In this document: piece after piece, positions 1 to 10,253 of the stretch
Position numbering within the stretch: position 1 is the stretch's first letter
How the letters are laid out: each line of letters opens with the position of its first letter
Assembly: GCF_000372725.1 (NCBI RefSeq)
Contig: NW_005201551.1
Location: 378,594 to 442,593, forward strand
DNA length: 64,000 bases
Source of the DNA: Emiliania huxleyi CCMP1516
Taxonomy: Eukaryota
Direction of reading: 5' to 3'
The notes under the pieces: generated by a model
What the model was told of the DNA's origin: nothing
Database searches by the model: none
Seen by the model: only the letters and a program-made list of their open reading frames with translations
Program-made: the position numbers and the translations under genes

Positions 1-2
1 TG

Positions 3-1673
3 AGTGGCATTTCCGCGCTGCAGCTCGCCAAGGAGAAGAGCCACACCGCGTGCGTGGACGCCTTCCGGAAGCACCTCGAGGAGCTGAGGGCTCGGCGCGA
101 CGCGGCAGCGGGCGAGGCGAGTGCGGCAGCGGCGCTCCTCGGCGGCATGGCGAGCGTGGGCGGCGACTCTTCCGCTCCGTGGGCGTCGAACCGCCAAGGC
201 GCGGGCCCGCCTTCGCTGGAGGTGGGCTCGCGGGTGTGGGCCAAAGACGGCTCCGGCAAGTGGAGAAAGGGGACGGTCCTGGCGGCGAGGGCGAGTGGCG
301 CAGGTGCGTCTGGCATGACCGCTGCAGCGGCGGGATCGAGCACCAGCGAGCCAGCTCCTGCCGGCGGCGAGGGTGACTCTCCCAAGCGGCCGCTGGTGGC
401 CGCACCGGCGACCCCCGACGGACTGCGCGCCATCGCGGCAGCGATGACCGAGCCCGGCAGGCCAAGGTGGCCAGCGCCGCCGCCGTCGGCAACCCAGCCC
501 GCCGGAATCGAGATCATGGGAGCGGTCGAGCGCGGCGACGAGGCGGCGGTACTGGCATGGATCGAAGCCGGCGGAACGATCGAGACGACATGGACGATCG
601 GGCCCGTTTCCGACGGCTCTGTAAGCGGCCTCACGCTGCTGATGAGCGCCGCTCGCTACGGCCGTGATCGGGTAGCCGACTTGCTCCTTCGGCACGGCGC
701 GGGGGTCGACCACCTGCCGCCAGCGTTCGACATGATTGGCATTGCAGGAGGTGCCACTGCGCTGGTGATCGCCGCCCGTCTCGGGCACGTGCCAGTCATC
801 GACGTGCTGCTACTGCATGGCGCGGAGGTCGACCGGCAGGACAGCTACGGGGCAAGCGCGCTGTCGAACGCCGCCCACTACAACTTCCCTGCCGTCGTGC
901 GCCAGATGCTTCGGGCGGGCGCAGACACGAGGCTGCGCGACAATGCTGGCGACACTGCGCTGCAGGTTGCCAAGGCGAGGGGCCACACCGAGTGCGCACA
1001 CGCCATCGAGGAGCACCTCACCACCGAGAAGGCGGCTGAGAAGGCGGCAAGGGCGGCGGAGCTGGCAGAGGTGACAGCGGTGAGGGAGGCGGAGAGAGCG
1101 GCGGCGGAGGTGGAGGCGGCGCGACATGCCACGGCGCTGCTGGCGGAGATCGAGGCGGAGGAGGCGGCAGAGAAGCACGGCAAGGGCAAGAAGGGCAAGA
1201 AGAAGAAGAAGAAGAAGGGCAAGGGCGGAGGGAGTGGCGGCGCTGGGCCGTCGCAGGAGCCCAAGGAGGCGGCGGAGGCAGCGGCGGAGGCGGCGGAAGC
1301 GGCGGCTGCGTTGGCGGCTGCAGAGGAGGCGGAGCTAGCCGCAGCGCTCGAGGAGAGCGCGAGGCTGGAGGACGAGGCGAGGCGAGGGGCGGGCGGGACG
1401 TCGGGCTCCGCGCTGCAGGACGCAGCTCAGTGCCCCGAGCCGGCCGCGGGGAGCGAGGTGCCGCCCGAGCTGCAGTGCCCGCTCTCCTTCGAGATCATGT
1501 CGGACCCGGTGATGAACGTCGCTGGCCAAACCTACGAGCGAGTGGCCATCGAGAAGTGGTTCGCGATGGGCAACCGCACCGATCCGATGAGCGGCGTGGT
1601 GCTTGAGTCCATGCTGCTGGTGCCGAACGTCGCGCTTCGAAGCATGTGCCGCAAATATCAACCCGAGGCGTGA
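3..1673 (+). CDS. Ankyrin-repeat + C-terminal U-box protein (putative E3 ubiquitin ligase), 5'-partial
   Basis: The frame is open from nt 3 (SGISALQLAKEKSHTACVDAF, the end of an ankyrin repeat). Ankyrin repeats GLTLLMSAARYG, GATALVIAARLGH, GASALSNAAHYN and GDTALQVAKARGH are followed by a Lys-rich linker and a U-box (PPELQCPLSFEIMSDPV..GQTYERVAIEKWF..TDPMSG..LVPNVALRSMC). A short Tudor-like motif (VGSRVWAK..KWRKGTV) lies near the N-terminus. No introns in this part. Confidence 0.9.
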   Translation, partial: SGISALQLAKEKSHTACVDAFRKHLEELRARRDAAAGEASAAAALLGGMASVGGDSSAPWASNRQGAGPPSLEVGSRVWAKDGSGKWRKGTVLAARASGAGASGMTAAAAGSSTSEPAPAGGEGDSPKRPLVAAPATPDGLRAIAAAMTEPGRPRWPAPPPSATQPAGIEIMGAVERGDEAAVLAWIEAGGTIETTWTIGPVSDGSVSGLTLLMSAARYGRDRVADLLLRHGAGVDHLPPAFDMIGIAGGATALVIAARLGHVPVIDVLLLHGAEVDRQDSYGASALSNAAHYNFPAVVRQMLRAGADTRLRDNAGDTALQVAKARGHTECAHAIEEHLTTEKAAEKAARAAELAEVTAVREAERAAAEVEAARHATALLAEIEAEEAAEKHGKGKKGKKKKKKKGKGGGSGGAGPSQEPKEAAEAAAEAAEAAAALAAAEEAELAAALEESARLEDEARRGAGGTSGSALQDAAQCPEPAAGSEVPPELQCPLSFEIMSDPVMNVAGQTYERVAIEKWFAMGNRTDPMSGVVLESMLLVPNVALRSMCRKYQPEA

Positions 1674-1710
1674 ACCGCCGGCCGACCCGCAAGAGCCCCA
1701 GTCGTCTGGC

Positions 1711-1810
1711 NNNNNNNNNNNNNNNNNNNNNNNNNNNNNNNNNNNNNNNNNNNNNNNNNNNNNNNNNNNNNNNNNNNNNNNNNNNNNNNNNNNNNNNNNN
1801 NNNNNNNNNN
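1711..1810. other. Assembly gap (further gaps at 3125-3713, 5250-6099, 63472-63571)
   Basis: Runs of N. Confidence 1.
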
Positions 1811-2010
1811 GGCGGCTTTTTAGGTTTCCCTGGGAACACACATTTCCTGGCCCGGGGGTAGCCAACTTGCGCGGGGATACTGAAGGGTTCCCGGGTAGTT
1901 AAGAAGCCCCTCCTTGCCCATGGTGACGTCGCCACAGTACCCAGCTCGCAGTGGGGATGCCATTAAAAAACCAAAGGCGGCAACCTAAGCTCACGTTGCG
2001 TCCCATTGGC

Positions 2011-5000
2011 ATGCTCATCGGTCTCCGCTTCGACGCCACGCTGCCCGTGCGGCACCGGCAGCAGCTTGCGGCGGTCCCTCCGCCTCTCCTCAACGAGCAA
2101 GCAACCTGCGCCGAACTCGCCGCCTGGATCGCCTCTGTCGCCGGCGTCGGCGTCGGCGGGTTGCCGGTCCTGTCCCTCGGTGGGCTGGTGGCGCCGCCGT
2201 CGCTTCCGGCGGCGCCCTTCCTCGCCCGCGCCGACGCGAGGGACCTCCTCATCGACGTCCATCCTCCGGACGACAACCTCTCGCTCCCAGCTGCGGCTGC
2301 CGCCTCCGCCGCCGCCGTCGCCGCCGTCGCCACCGCCGCCACCGCCGCCGGCGCCGGCGCCGAGGCTTCGCCGCAGGTGTCCGCGACGGCGGCGGCGTCG
2401 TCCAAGCGTGCGCGCCGCTCGTCGGCCGACGCCGCCGACGCGGGCGGAGCCTCAAAGGCCGCAGCCAAGGAGGAGCGGCGGAGGGCGCGCCGCCGGGAAA
2501 AGGAGGAGAAGGAGGCGAGGGAGGCGAGGGAGGCGAGGGAGGAGGCGAGGGGTCCGCCGCAGCGTCGCCGGCGTGTGGTGTGAAGGGGTCTCTTCACAGC
2601 TGCCGACGTGAACAGGCGAGGAGGACGCGGGCAGAGGACTGGAGGTGTGAACGGCGTCTCTTCACACCTGCAGCTGTGAACAGGCGCGCTCACTCGCTGC
2701 TGCGGCGGCGCCTCCTCCTCCTCCTCCTCCTCCTCCAACGCCGCTCGAGGCGCCGCCGCCGCTAGAGCGACCCTCGTTTGCAATTACGGCGAATCTCGGG
2801 GAAATCTCGGGGAAGTCTCGGGGAAATCTCGGGGAAGTCTCGGGGAAATCTCGGGGAAATCTCGGGGGAGATCTCGGCTGATTGCTGCGCAGGAGCGGCC
2901 TCCTCGCATCACGGTCCGATCTCAACAAATCTCCCGCCATGGCCGCCCTGCCGTCTTCACACCTCCACCGCTGTGAACAGGAGCAGCAATCTCCTCGAAT
3001 CTCCCCACACCCCCCGCCCCCGCCTTCCCACGCGCACCGCTGTGAACAGGGGCAGCCCTCGCCGCTCTTCTCCCACCCGCCCGCCCCCCCTCCCCCGCCC
3101 GACCCGTGGGCATCGGAGGGAGAANNNNNNNNNNNNNNNNNNNNNNNNNNNNNNNNNNNNNNNNNNNNNNNNNNNNNNNNNNNNNNNNNNNNNNNNNNNN
3201 NNNNNNNNNNNNNNNNNNNNNNNNNNNNNNNNNNNNNNNNNNNNNNNNNNNNNNNNNNNNNNNNNNNNNNNNNNNNNNNNNNNNNNNNNNNNNNNNNNNN
3301 NNNNNNNNNNNNNNNNNNNNNNNNNNNNNNNNNNNNNNNNNNNNNNNNNNNNNNNNNNNNNNNNNNNNNNNNNNNNNNNNNNNNNNNNNNNNNNNNNNNN
3401 NNNNNNNNNNNNNNNNNNNNNNNNNNNNNNNNNNNNNNNNNNNNNNNNNNNNNNNNNNNNNNNNNNNNNNNNNNNNNNNNNNNNNNNNNNNNNNNNNNNN
3501 NNNNNNNNNNNNNNNNNNNNNNNNNNNNNNNNNNNNNNNNNNNNNNNNNNNNNNNNNNNNNNNNNNNNNNNNNNNNNNNNNNNNNNNNNNNNNNNNNNNN
3601 NNNNNNNNNNNNNNNNNNNNNNNNNNNNNNNNNNNNNNNNNNNNNNNNNNNNNNNNNNNNNNNNNNNNNNNNNNNNNNNNNNNNNNNNNNNNNNNNNNNN
3701 NNNNNNNNNNNNNGCTGGGACGATCTCGGACGATCTCGGCTCTCCTCGGGCCACCTCGGCTCCTCGCATGCCCCTCTCGTGCCATCTCGGACAATCTCGG
3801 ACAATCTCGTCCCCTCTCCTGGCAGGTGGCCGAGCTGGCGGCGTCGTGGCAGCCGGCCCTAGACGCTGAAACAGTATTCATCACTGTACTCCACTGCAGT
3901 CCACTCCACTGCACTGTCTTCCTCTCCGTTGTCAGTACGCTGGAACAGGTATTCGTCACTGTTACTCCACTGCACTGCTGCTCCGCTGTCTTCCTCTCCG
4001 CTGTCTCCACGCGGTGCTTTAGAGTGCGCTGCACGACACCGTCCTCCCGCCCTGAGGTTGGTGCATTCATCACTCTCGTATTCCGCTGTGCTCCGCGCTG
4101 TAGTCACTGGACTCCTCTCCGTTGTCTGAGTGCGCTGCACGACACCGTCCTCCCGCCCTGAGGTTGGTGCATTCCTCCCTCTCGTATTCCGCTGTGCTCC
4201 GCGCTGTTCTCACTGGACTCCTCTCCGTTGTCTGAGTGCGCTGCACGACACCGTCCTCCCGCCCTGAGGTTGGTGCATTCCTCACTCTCGTATTCCGCTG
4301 TGCTCCGCGCTGCAGTCACTGGACTCCTCTCCGTTGTCTGAGTGCGCTGCACGACACCGTCCTCCCGCCCTGAGGTTGGTGCATTCATCACTCGCGTATT
4401 CCGCTGTGCTCCGCGCTGCAGTCACTGGACTCCTCTCCGTTGTCTGAGTGCGCTGCACGACACCGTAGGCAGCCGGCGCTACCATTACTTAATGAATGCC
4501 GGGAGAGTGGAGAGCTAGCGGAGTGGTAATTGTTAGGCAGCCGGTGCTACCATTGCTTAATGAATGCCGGGAGAATGGAGAGCTAGCGGAGTGGTAATTG
4601 TTAGGCAGCCGACGCTCGCATGGCGCACCGCGACGCTGCTACCCTCTCCGTCCGGGCTCGCCGCTGCCGAGATCTACCGAGATCCGATCTCGGCTCATCT
4701 CGGCTCATCTCGCCGCGATCTCGCGGTGTTAGGCTGTTTCTTGCGGGGGGCGAGGGGGCGGAGCCGACCGCCGTGGCGGAGGCAGCGAGATTGTGCCGAG
4801 ATTGTGCCGAGATTGTGCCGAGATGAGCGCCTGAGAGTGTACCGCGAGATGCTGAGAGATTTGGAGGGCGGTGTTGAGATCGCGCGAGGTCACCCGAGCT
4901 CACCCGAGACCTCCCGAGATTGCGCGAGATTGCGCGAGATTGCGCCAGGATAATTGCGTGAGATGACTCGAGATTGCGCGAGATGACTCGAGATGGCGCG

Positions 5001-5222
5001 AGGTCACGCGAGATTGCGCGAGATTGCGCGAGATTGCCGCAGGCGGTCAACCTCCGTCTCGTCGAGAGGCTGGCGACGCAAGACGCAGCCGCAGCGACCG
5101 CAGCCACCGCCGCCGCCACCGCCGCCAGCAACGGCGGCGGAGGTGCCGCCGCCGCCGCCAGCGCCGCCGCCGCCGCCACTCCAAACGGCGCCGATGCCAA
5201 CAGAAGACGCCAACGCCCTTAG
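2011..5222 (+). CDS. Coilin-like protein (multi-exon, interrupted by an assembly gap)
   Basis: The first exon (MLIGLRFDATLP...CAELAAWIASVAG...PVLSLGGLVAPPS...DARDLLIDV) resembles the coilin N-terminal domain and is followed by a basic NLS-like stretch (RRRARRREK). Later exons (~3825-3849 VAELAASW, ~4605 QPTLAWRTATLL) resemble the coilin C-terminal ELxxSWxPxxxxxR motif. Stop at 5220-5222. Judged by motif memory only. Confidence 0.5.
4022..4465. repeat. Intronic tandem repeat, 106-bp unit x ~4.2
   Basis: GAGTGCGCTGCACGACACCG recurs at 4022, 4128, 4234, 4340 and 4446. Confidence 0.95.
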
Positions 5223-6471
5223 CGCTGCCCGCAACCGCCCCCCCCCCCCNNNNNNNNNNNNNNNNNNNNNNNNNNNNNNNNNNNNNNNNNNNNNNNNNNN
5301 NNNNNNNNNNNNNNNNNNNNNNNNNNNNNNNNNNNNNNNNNNNNNNNNNNNNNNNNNNNNNNNNNNNNNNNNNNNNNNNNNNNNNNNNNNNNNNNNNNNN
5401 NNNNNNNNNNNNNNNNNNNNNNNNNNNNNNNNNNNNNNNNNNNNNNNNNNNNNNNNNNNNNNNNNNNNNNNNNNNNNNNNNNNNNNNNNNNNNNNNNNNN
5501 NNNNNNNNNNNNNNNNNNNNNNNNNNNNNNNNNNNNNNNNNNNNNNNNNNNNNNNNNNNNNNNNNNNNNNNNNNNNNNNNNNNNNNNNNNNNNNNNNNNN
5601 NNNNNNNNNNNNNNNNNNNNNNNNNNNNNNNNNNNNNNNNNNNNNNNNNNNNNNNNNNNNNNNNNNNNNNNNNNNNNNNNNNNNNNNNNNNNNNNNNNNN
5701 NNNNNNNNNNNNNNNNNNNNNNNNNNNNNNNNNNNNNNNNNNNNNNNNNNNNNNNNNNNNNNNNNNNNNNNNNNNNNNNNNNNNNNNNNNNNNNNNNNNN
5801 NNNNNNNNNNNNNNNNNNNNNNNNNNNNNNNNNNNNNNNNNNNNNNNNNNNNNNNNNNNNNNNNNNNNNNNNNNNNNNNNNNNNNNNNNNNNNNNNNNNN
5901 NNNNNNNNNNNNNNNNNNNNNNNNNNNNNNNNNNNNNNNNNNNNNNNNNNNNNNNNNNNNNNNNNNNNNNNNNNNNNNNNNNNNNNNNNNNNNNNNNNNN
6001 NNNNNNNNNNNNNNNNNNNNNNNNNNNNNNNNNNNNNNNNNNNNNNNNNNNNNNNNNNNNNNNNNNNNNNNNNNNNNNNNNNNNNNNNNNNNNNNNNNNG
6101 TGTACCGGTAGACAAGACTACCCTTCCACCACCGCGAGCCTCGCCCTGCTGAGCCGCGTCCTAGTTGGTGGCCATACCTAGGAGAGTTGGATCCAAAAGA
6201 TGCCACCAATTCGCCGAGCGAGTGAAAGACCTAGCTAGTTGAGAAGCTCCATTCAAGCTCCTACCTGCTACCTAGCAGGAGAAGAGATGAAGCAGGCGCT
6301 AGAACCTAGATGGCGGGGACTGGCCGATCGATGAGGGGATGAGAGTGGCGGCTAATGCGTGCACGTGGGCGGCTGTCCTGAGGGGGGGTGGGATGGAAAG
6401 TCAAATCCAGAGGTTCATAAACTTAGCCAACTCCACGTTAGCATTACACATGTACTGTATCATTACAGTAC

Positions 6472-6841
6472 TAGAGCTGTTTAACGTTGGGAGCTGAACA
6501 GTGTTGCTAGTGTTAACAGTAACAACAGAACAACAGTGGGGCTCCCCAACAACAGTAGCTAACGTTAGGCCGGCTGAACAACAATAAGGAAGGCCTGGCA
6601 GTGACCCACGACGACCTCCAGTGTCCAGTGCGGGTAATACCCGAAAATACCCGGGAAAACCCAGGTATTTTCGGGTTTTACCCGGGTTTTTTGCCGTTTT
6701 CTGCTTGCTGGCCGCTGAACAACAGTAACAACAGTAACAAACAGTAACAGCATGGGCTGGGGTGAACACTTGAACAACGTTAAGGATTTCAGCCAACACT
6801 AGCGCAACTGTTAGGCCCAAAGTTAATGTTAAACAGCTCTA
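6472..6841. mobile_element. hAT-like MITE (370 bp)
   Basis: TIRs TAGAGCTGTTTAAC / GTTAAACAGCTCTA. Perfect 8-bp TSD TACAGTAC at 6464-6471 and 6842-6849. Internal AACAGTAAC subrepeats and no coding capacity. Confidence 0.9.
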
Positions 6842-7937
6842 TACAGTACGGTAGGCAAATAGGTGCAAGAACGCATGGCAGCGTGCGACGTGACCGAGGC
6901 TCAGAAAATAAAAGAAAAACAGCCTAACCCCAGTAGGTATAACGCCGAGTGCCAGACCACCAGGGGGCAAGTGTGTGTAGCACCTTCGACCCCGAAATGA
7001 AGGTCGCCACGCAAAACCGGGCGCTAGGAGAGGTGAACTGAAGGCTGAGACAACGGAGGCCGAGCCTGAGTGGGCGCCCGCGCGCCCCCACGCAGGCAAG
7101 CCTCTGTCCTTCGGCCCACTCCGGCGATCGTCCGTGGGCGACCGCCAACAACACGAAGCCTAATCAATTCCCTCACCACCCGACCCCCCTCTAGGGACAG
7201 CAGCGCGCTTCTCATCCCGGAGAGGGAAGGAGGGGGGGGGGGGGGGAGATCAGAGAGCCAAGGCACGGGAGTACCCCCGACGGACGCGAGTTGGAGGGAA
7301 AGCGAGACGAGAGATTCAAGGCGAACTTCATCACCCGTCCAGGAGCCCCGCATTAGGTAGCGACCCCAGGTTCAGAGCTAGGCTTCCCGACAGGGCAGGG
7401 AACCCCCAGCGCGCAGGCGGGGCCCACGGTAGCCTCGTGCAGTACGCGATACCGAGAGCTGGGGGAGAGGCGCGCCACGCCAAGGGGGACGAGTGACGGG
7501 AGGGGGAGAGTAGTGTCTTTCGCAGGGTAAAACGCAATTTTTTCCCCCGGACCCCCCGCGGCATCTGGGGCCGGGGGCCGTGCTCACAGTCACACGTGCA
7601 CAACGTGCAACCGCACACCAATCCGAATGGCCATCGATGTCCCCGGTCTGCATCATCTACTCCCCCGACTGTCTCCCGTGTGTCTTTCGCCCAACCAGAC
7701 CCTGACCCCACTTCCCCCTCCCCCCCGCCCTTGCCCGCTCCGACGCTCTTGTCCCAAGCGGCCGAAGCGCGCCCCAAGAGAGGGAGACCCCCCCCCCCCC
7801 CCCGCACCCCCCGCACCCCACCCCCACCGCCGCTGTACGTCATGCTCCGCAGCCGCAGCTGCTGTTCTCTCTGCCGTGCTCGCGCGGCGGTCCCGCAGGA
7901 ACCCGCGCCCTTGCCGCCCGGCCGGGGCTGGAGAGGC

Positions 7938-9334
7938 TCACCAGAGGTCGATGCCGCGCTCCTCGCACACGGCCACCAGCTCAGGCTGCTCCAGGTTGTA
8001 GTTGTCCACCATGAGCGCCTGCACGCGAGGGGAGGTGCGATGAGCATTGGGCGAGAGAGGGGCGTGTGGCGAGGGGGGGCGTCTCGCGCCCACAAGCTCG
8101 GGGCGGCCCCCTCCTTGAGGGCGGCGGCCAGCGCCTTGCAGCCCTCGTCGCCAATCTGGTTGCCGTTGAGAGAGAGCTTCTCGAGCCGCGGCGCTGCCCC
8201 CTCCTTGCCGAGGGCGGCGGCCAGCGCCTTGCAGCCCTCGTCGCCAATCTTGTTGGGGGCGAGATCGAGCTCCTCGAGCCGCGGCGCTGCCCCGCTCGCG
8301 AGGACCTCCGCCAGCTGCGCCGCCTCCGCGTCGCCCCAGCCGAGGCCGAAGTAGTTCAGCACGGTCGCCTTGCCAAACTGCTCCTTGAAGGCGGCCTCGT
8401 ACAGCCGCTTCACCAGCGGCTTGTCGTCCTTGCCGTTGGTGAAGCTCTTCTTCTCCAGCTCCGCCGCGAACGCAGACGGCAGCAGCGGAGGGCGCCGGCC
8501 GCCGTCCTGGGTGCAGTCGTCGATGAGGCTGTCCCAGTCGTACTCCTTGCCGGCGCGCATCTTGCCGAGGTCGAGCGAGAGGGCGCCGGCCTTTGTCAGG
8601 CCAGCCCAGCACTGCTCCGTGTAGCACCAGCCGCGGTCAAAGTACTTGGCCACGTTGGTGCCCTCGGCCTGCTCCTCCGCCTTGTGGCCGTCCGGGAAGG
8701 AGGTCAGCCGCAGCACCCAAGTGTACTTGTGGGAGTAGAGCGTGCCGAGGCAGCCCAAACCCTCCTTGAAGAGCGCGTTCTGCTCCTCGGTGCGCAGGAC
8801 GCCGTTGGGGGGGTCGGGGTGCTGGTGCAGCGAGCCGAAGTCCCAAAAGATGCCGAGCCGCGTGATGTAGGGGTGACGGAGCAGGGCCTTCAGCGCCCTT
8901 GCGACGCGGGCGAGGTTGGCTCCGAGCGGGTCGGGGTGGTCCTTGGTCAGCCACGGGTAGGAGAGCGCGGCGACGGGAAGGTAGGCCTCCTTGCCGGTCG
9001 CCTCGACGAGGTCGGCGAAAGAGAGGAAGGCCTCTTTGGGCAGCGCCTGACGGTGGGTGAGGACGCCGCCCGCCTCGGCGTGGCTGATGACCCACTGCGC
9101 GTCGAGGACGGCGACGGCGCCGCTCGCGAGGACCGGCTCGAGGTCGCCACCGCCGTGCTCCCGCCACAGCTCCAGCTTCTCCTCGCTCACGCCGAGATCG
9201 GTGGCGGAGGGGAGGGCGTCGGCCGGCTGCGTTGGCGCGGCGGTGTCGGCGGGCGTCGGGGCGTCGAGTTCGACGGCGGGAGGGCCGAGCGGCTCCTCGG
9301 TCGGGGCCTCGACGCGGCTGGAGAAGCAGCCCAT
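7938..9334 (-). CDS. HET-like domain + ribonuclease-inhibitor-type LRR protein, copy 1 (exons 9334-8090, 8018-7938)
   Basis: Starts MGCFSS (N-myristoylation/palmitoylation-like). HET-type motifs ALSYPW, FWDFGSLHQ, LY..V and YFDRGWCYTE. Two LRRs (LEELDLAPNKIGDEGCKALA, LEKLSLNGNQIGDEG). GC-AG intron 8089-8019 before the terminal exon ..QPELVAVCEERGIDLW*. Confidence 0.85.
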
Positions 9335-9411
9335 CGCTTCGTCTGCCTGTGTAAGGCCGATCGACTTTGACAGCTAGGCGTCCGAGTTGGCGATCGGCTT
9401 TCCAAAGGACA

Positions 9412-10142
9412 CAGGTTCTCCTCGCCCTGGCCAAGGTCATGCGGAGCGTGTGGGGCATGCTCGTCGAGGTGGAGCCGCGGGACCACCTCGGCTACTCTAA
9501 CGACTACCGGCCCGACGTCTCGGTGGCGGGCGCCGGCCGCTCGCGCTCGCGCCTCGTCGGCGACGTCAAGTTCAAGGACTCGCTCTCCTCCAACCCGGAG
9601 GACGTCGGCCAGCGAGCGAGGCGCTTTCGTCGGCCTCGGCAACACCGAGCCCGGCACGAGCGCGGACGTCTTCGGCCTCGAGCAGCGCGGCGCCGTCGGG
9701 GACGGCGACTTCAGGCCGAGCGACGGCGGCGGCTATGTGGCGTACAAGAAGGCGGACTACGCGCACGCCCTCTCGCGCTCGGACACCGACGTGCAGATGT
9801 ACCTGTTTGAAACCTTCGGCGGGTGGTGCAACGCGGTCAAACGGCTGTTCTACCAGATGAAGGACAAGGTGCGCAACAAGCTCTCGAAGCGGCAGCACGA
9901 GGACGAGGCGAGCTGGTCGACGCGGTCGTGGCTTTCGCTGCAGGCCCAGCGCATGTCAGTCGCGCTGCAGCTCGCGGCGGCGGAAGAGATTGCGACCGAG
10001 CTCAGGCTCGCCGCGGCGTCGGAGGACGCCGCCGTCGCCTAGACTCCCCTGCGTCACTACGTGCCTCCCCGTCTTTGTAGCCTGGCGTTTGTGCCCCGTT
10101 TGTGCCGCGTCCCGTGCCCCCGAGTTCATTTTATTATTTTTA
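9412..10142 (+). mobile_element. 5'-truncated CRE-like non-LTR retrotransposon fragment (restriction-like endonuclease C-terminus), frameshifted
   Basis: RPD (DYRPDVSV), DVK, ..LFETFGGW.. and QRMSVALQ motifs typical of RLE-clade ORF ends. Frameshift near 9618, stop at 10042, T/A-rich 3' tail. Confidence 0.75.
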
Positions 10143-10253
10143 TTCTCTCGAGGTTCTCGAGGTGGATATCCTTTGGCCGCGTTGGGTAGCGAGGATTGGT
10201 GTAACCCGAGACACAGGTGACCCGTGTGCGGGTTACAATCGGAATTCTCACTT

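Noticed and set aside
2662..6209. Long ORFs containing X runs
   Set aside because: Artefacts of translating across N gaps.
7331..7937. C-terminal extension of the 667-aa ORF (and the similar tails of ORFs 37658-39202 and 53265-55082)
   Set aside because: These are read-through of a conserved GC-AG intron. The spliced terminal exon gives a conserved ..QPELVAVCEERGI.L end in all three copies.
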